Below, piece by piece: positions 62,093 through 64,000 of a stretch of DNA of 64,000 nt (positions are counted from its first letter, which is position 1; each line of letters begins with the position of its first letter). This stretch comes from Daphnia carinata (Eukaryota), in assembly GCF_022539665.2 (NCBI RefSeq), contig NC_081334.1:2852001-2916000 (forward strand), read 5' to 3'. A program made the translations under genes and the position numbers. Below the pieces are notes generated by a model. That model searched no databases and had not been told where the DNA came from. It saw only the letters and a program-made list of their open reading frames with translations.

Positions 62093-64000
62093 ATAATAAA
62101 TGAATGCTTACAGATAAACGATAAACTAATGGAAACAATGCTTATCATCAAAGGTGGCATAAACAATGGTGAAATGAGCAAGCTAAATAAAAAAAAAGTT
62201 GATAAATGTAATGTGTGAACACAGACAATGAAAATAACAAATTTTGCAAAAAACATTTTATAAAAAAAAATTTATTGACAATTCTCTGCACATTACAATT
62301 ATTTTTGCAACTTTAAAAAGGCACAATAGCCCTTTCAAAAGTTGCCGTCAACCCAGGCAGGGGGAGACACTGCCTTGTTGACCCACCGGGGAGATTACCC
62401 GGTGATTGGCTAAGAGAAGCCGGAAGAAGAGCTGAAGATTTGGAACATTTTTACAGGAGCGATTAACCTTTAGTTCGGATTTGTGGGCAGCCACGTCACC
62501 CTCCGTGAACACATCATCGGACTAAGCGGCACCCCACGTCCCCTTTCCGGCCAGAGCCCTCCAAACCTCGGTATACGTTGTTTTTATATATACCGTACAG
62601 TAGGGGCATGACCCCCTACGGGCTTATTATGAGTCAAGGGGAAACGGGGCTTCAGAAAAGAAGGGAGCCCAGATATGCACTTCAATTTTTTTAATATCAA
62701 ATACCGTCTGGGGAATCCGAATTAAGTATAGCAATGTCATGTCATCCATCCAATCAATACAATTTATTCAGTGTCTTGCCCCAACCAAGAATCTTTTCAG
62801 ATCCAATGTTACTATTAACCTATATTGAGAAAAGAAAAACAATACCATTAAACACATCAATTGTTGATCATGGAACTTACATGACTTATAGATTCAACTT
62901 CTGGTGGAAGCTTGGGAAAGGACATACAAATTGCAGATTAACTTCATTGTATAAGGCTCTTGAATGATAAACTAGCACCTGTAGAATGTTGCATTGTTGA
63001 TAGTTGTGTTCCCAGTACATGAAAATCCTTTCCTATTGGTTAAATTTTTTTTTGGTAGATAAGACCTGGTTGGCAAAAAGGAGGAGAAATTCTTCGTCAT
63101 AAATTCAAAATTATTTGAAGAAAAATCCTTTCATACCTAAAGAGTCCATGTATGATGTTCATCTCTGCAATAGCAGCAAAATTAAAACATCTTTAGGGCC
63201 ATTTAAGTACCCAGTTTCCCCAACACTCTGAACGTAAAGGACAAGTTGTTCTTTAGACAGAGAAGCAGAATTATTTGAGGCTTCTAGCTGTGACAGAACT
63301 ATAAAGGATTGCTGTTGTACTGGATTCATTAACACAAGATGTTACTTCTCATTAGGCAATTTGCATTACTCTATTAATTTACCTCACACCTTACGGTAAT
63401 GCACTCTGTGTTTTTTCATCTGTAGGCTCACTCTTCCATCCTGTAACACTTCCAGACTTGATTTGATCCCCCGTTAAAATCTGTGAATGCAAAATAATAG
63501 CATGAAAAATACTTTTTCGATAGACAAAAAACCGAAAAGTAACTAATCAATGTTTCATGTTGAACTTGTGCCATTTCTGGGTTTCTGTACCACACCCATT
63601 TTCAGCCCAACTACGGTCCCACAATTCTTCAGTTCCTTCACTGCATGAGCTTATTACTAACGATTCTTTTAGTGCAGCACTAACAGAATTTAAATTTAAC
63701 ACACTGTCAGGTGGTGGACTGAATAACTAAGCAATAAATAATTTTTTTTTTAAATTTTTTACTTATTTTGAATTCTTATTTGAAAACTTTAGGTACCTGG
63801 CTGTGTTCGCCTAATGCCAACTCATCCTCACGTTCAGTTAGAGATGAGTTTTGAAAAACCTCCTTCACTTTTGGAAACTGTTCCATTCCAATTTGTTCTT
63901 TTCCCCTAGCTGAGCTTGAAGACTCAAAATTTGAGCTACAAAACACGAATGAATAAAAGCAAATAAATAGAATCATTACGTGTTAGGCCTACGATCCTTA
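62092..64000 (+). repeat. Composite repeat, copy 3 (runs off window end)
   Basis: Direct match to ~2180-3705 and inverted match to ~59726-61620. Confidence 0.95.
62307..62686 (+). other. Conserved hairpin-rich core, copy 3
   Basis: Five substitutions relative to copy 2 by eye. Confidence 0.6.

Overview
Eukaryotic (metazoan) genomic DNA with short GT-AG introns, long poly-A/T and (CA)n/(GA)n tracts and a recurrent AGCAGACGA motif. It looks like a branchiopod crustacean such as Daphnia, which is an inference and not proven. Genes are spliced, so I assembled exons by hand from the ORF track and splice sites. The central ~45 kb holds ordinary genes: a PH + CPI-motif + coiled-coil gene (CKIP-1/PLEKHO-like, minus), brakeless/scribbler (ZNF608/609 family, minus), Vps34/PIK3C3 (minus), a divergently transcribed type II Golgi membrane coiled-coil protein (plus) and a SKOR/fussel co-repressor (plus). 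Both ends of the window are repeat-rich and share a ~2 kb composite repeat present three times (1679-3705, 59726-62091 inverted, 62092-64000). It consists of a cluster of tRNA-like units, an almost invariant ~380 nt hairpin-rich core and a decayed multi-exon gene. The two right-hand copies form a head-to-head palindrome centred on the tRNA-like cluster, and vasa and MAD1 gene fragments lie next to the arms. The best candidates for something new are this tRNA-like + structured-core element and a Brinker-type DNA-binding exon inside the brakeless intron that can splice in frame into brakeless.
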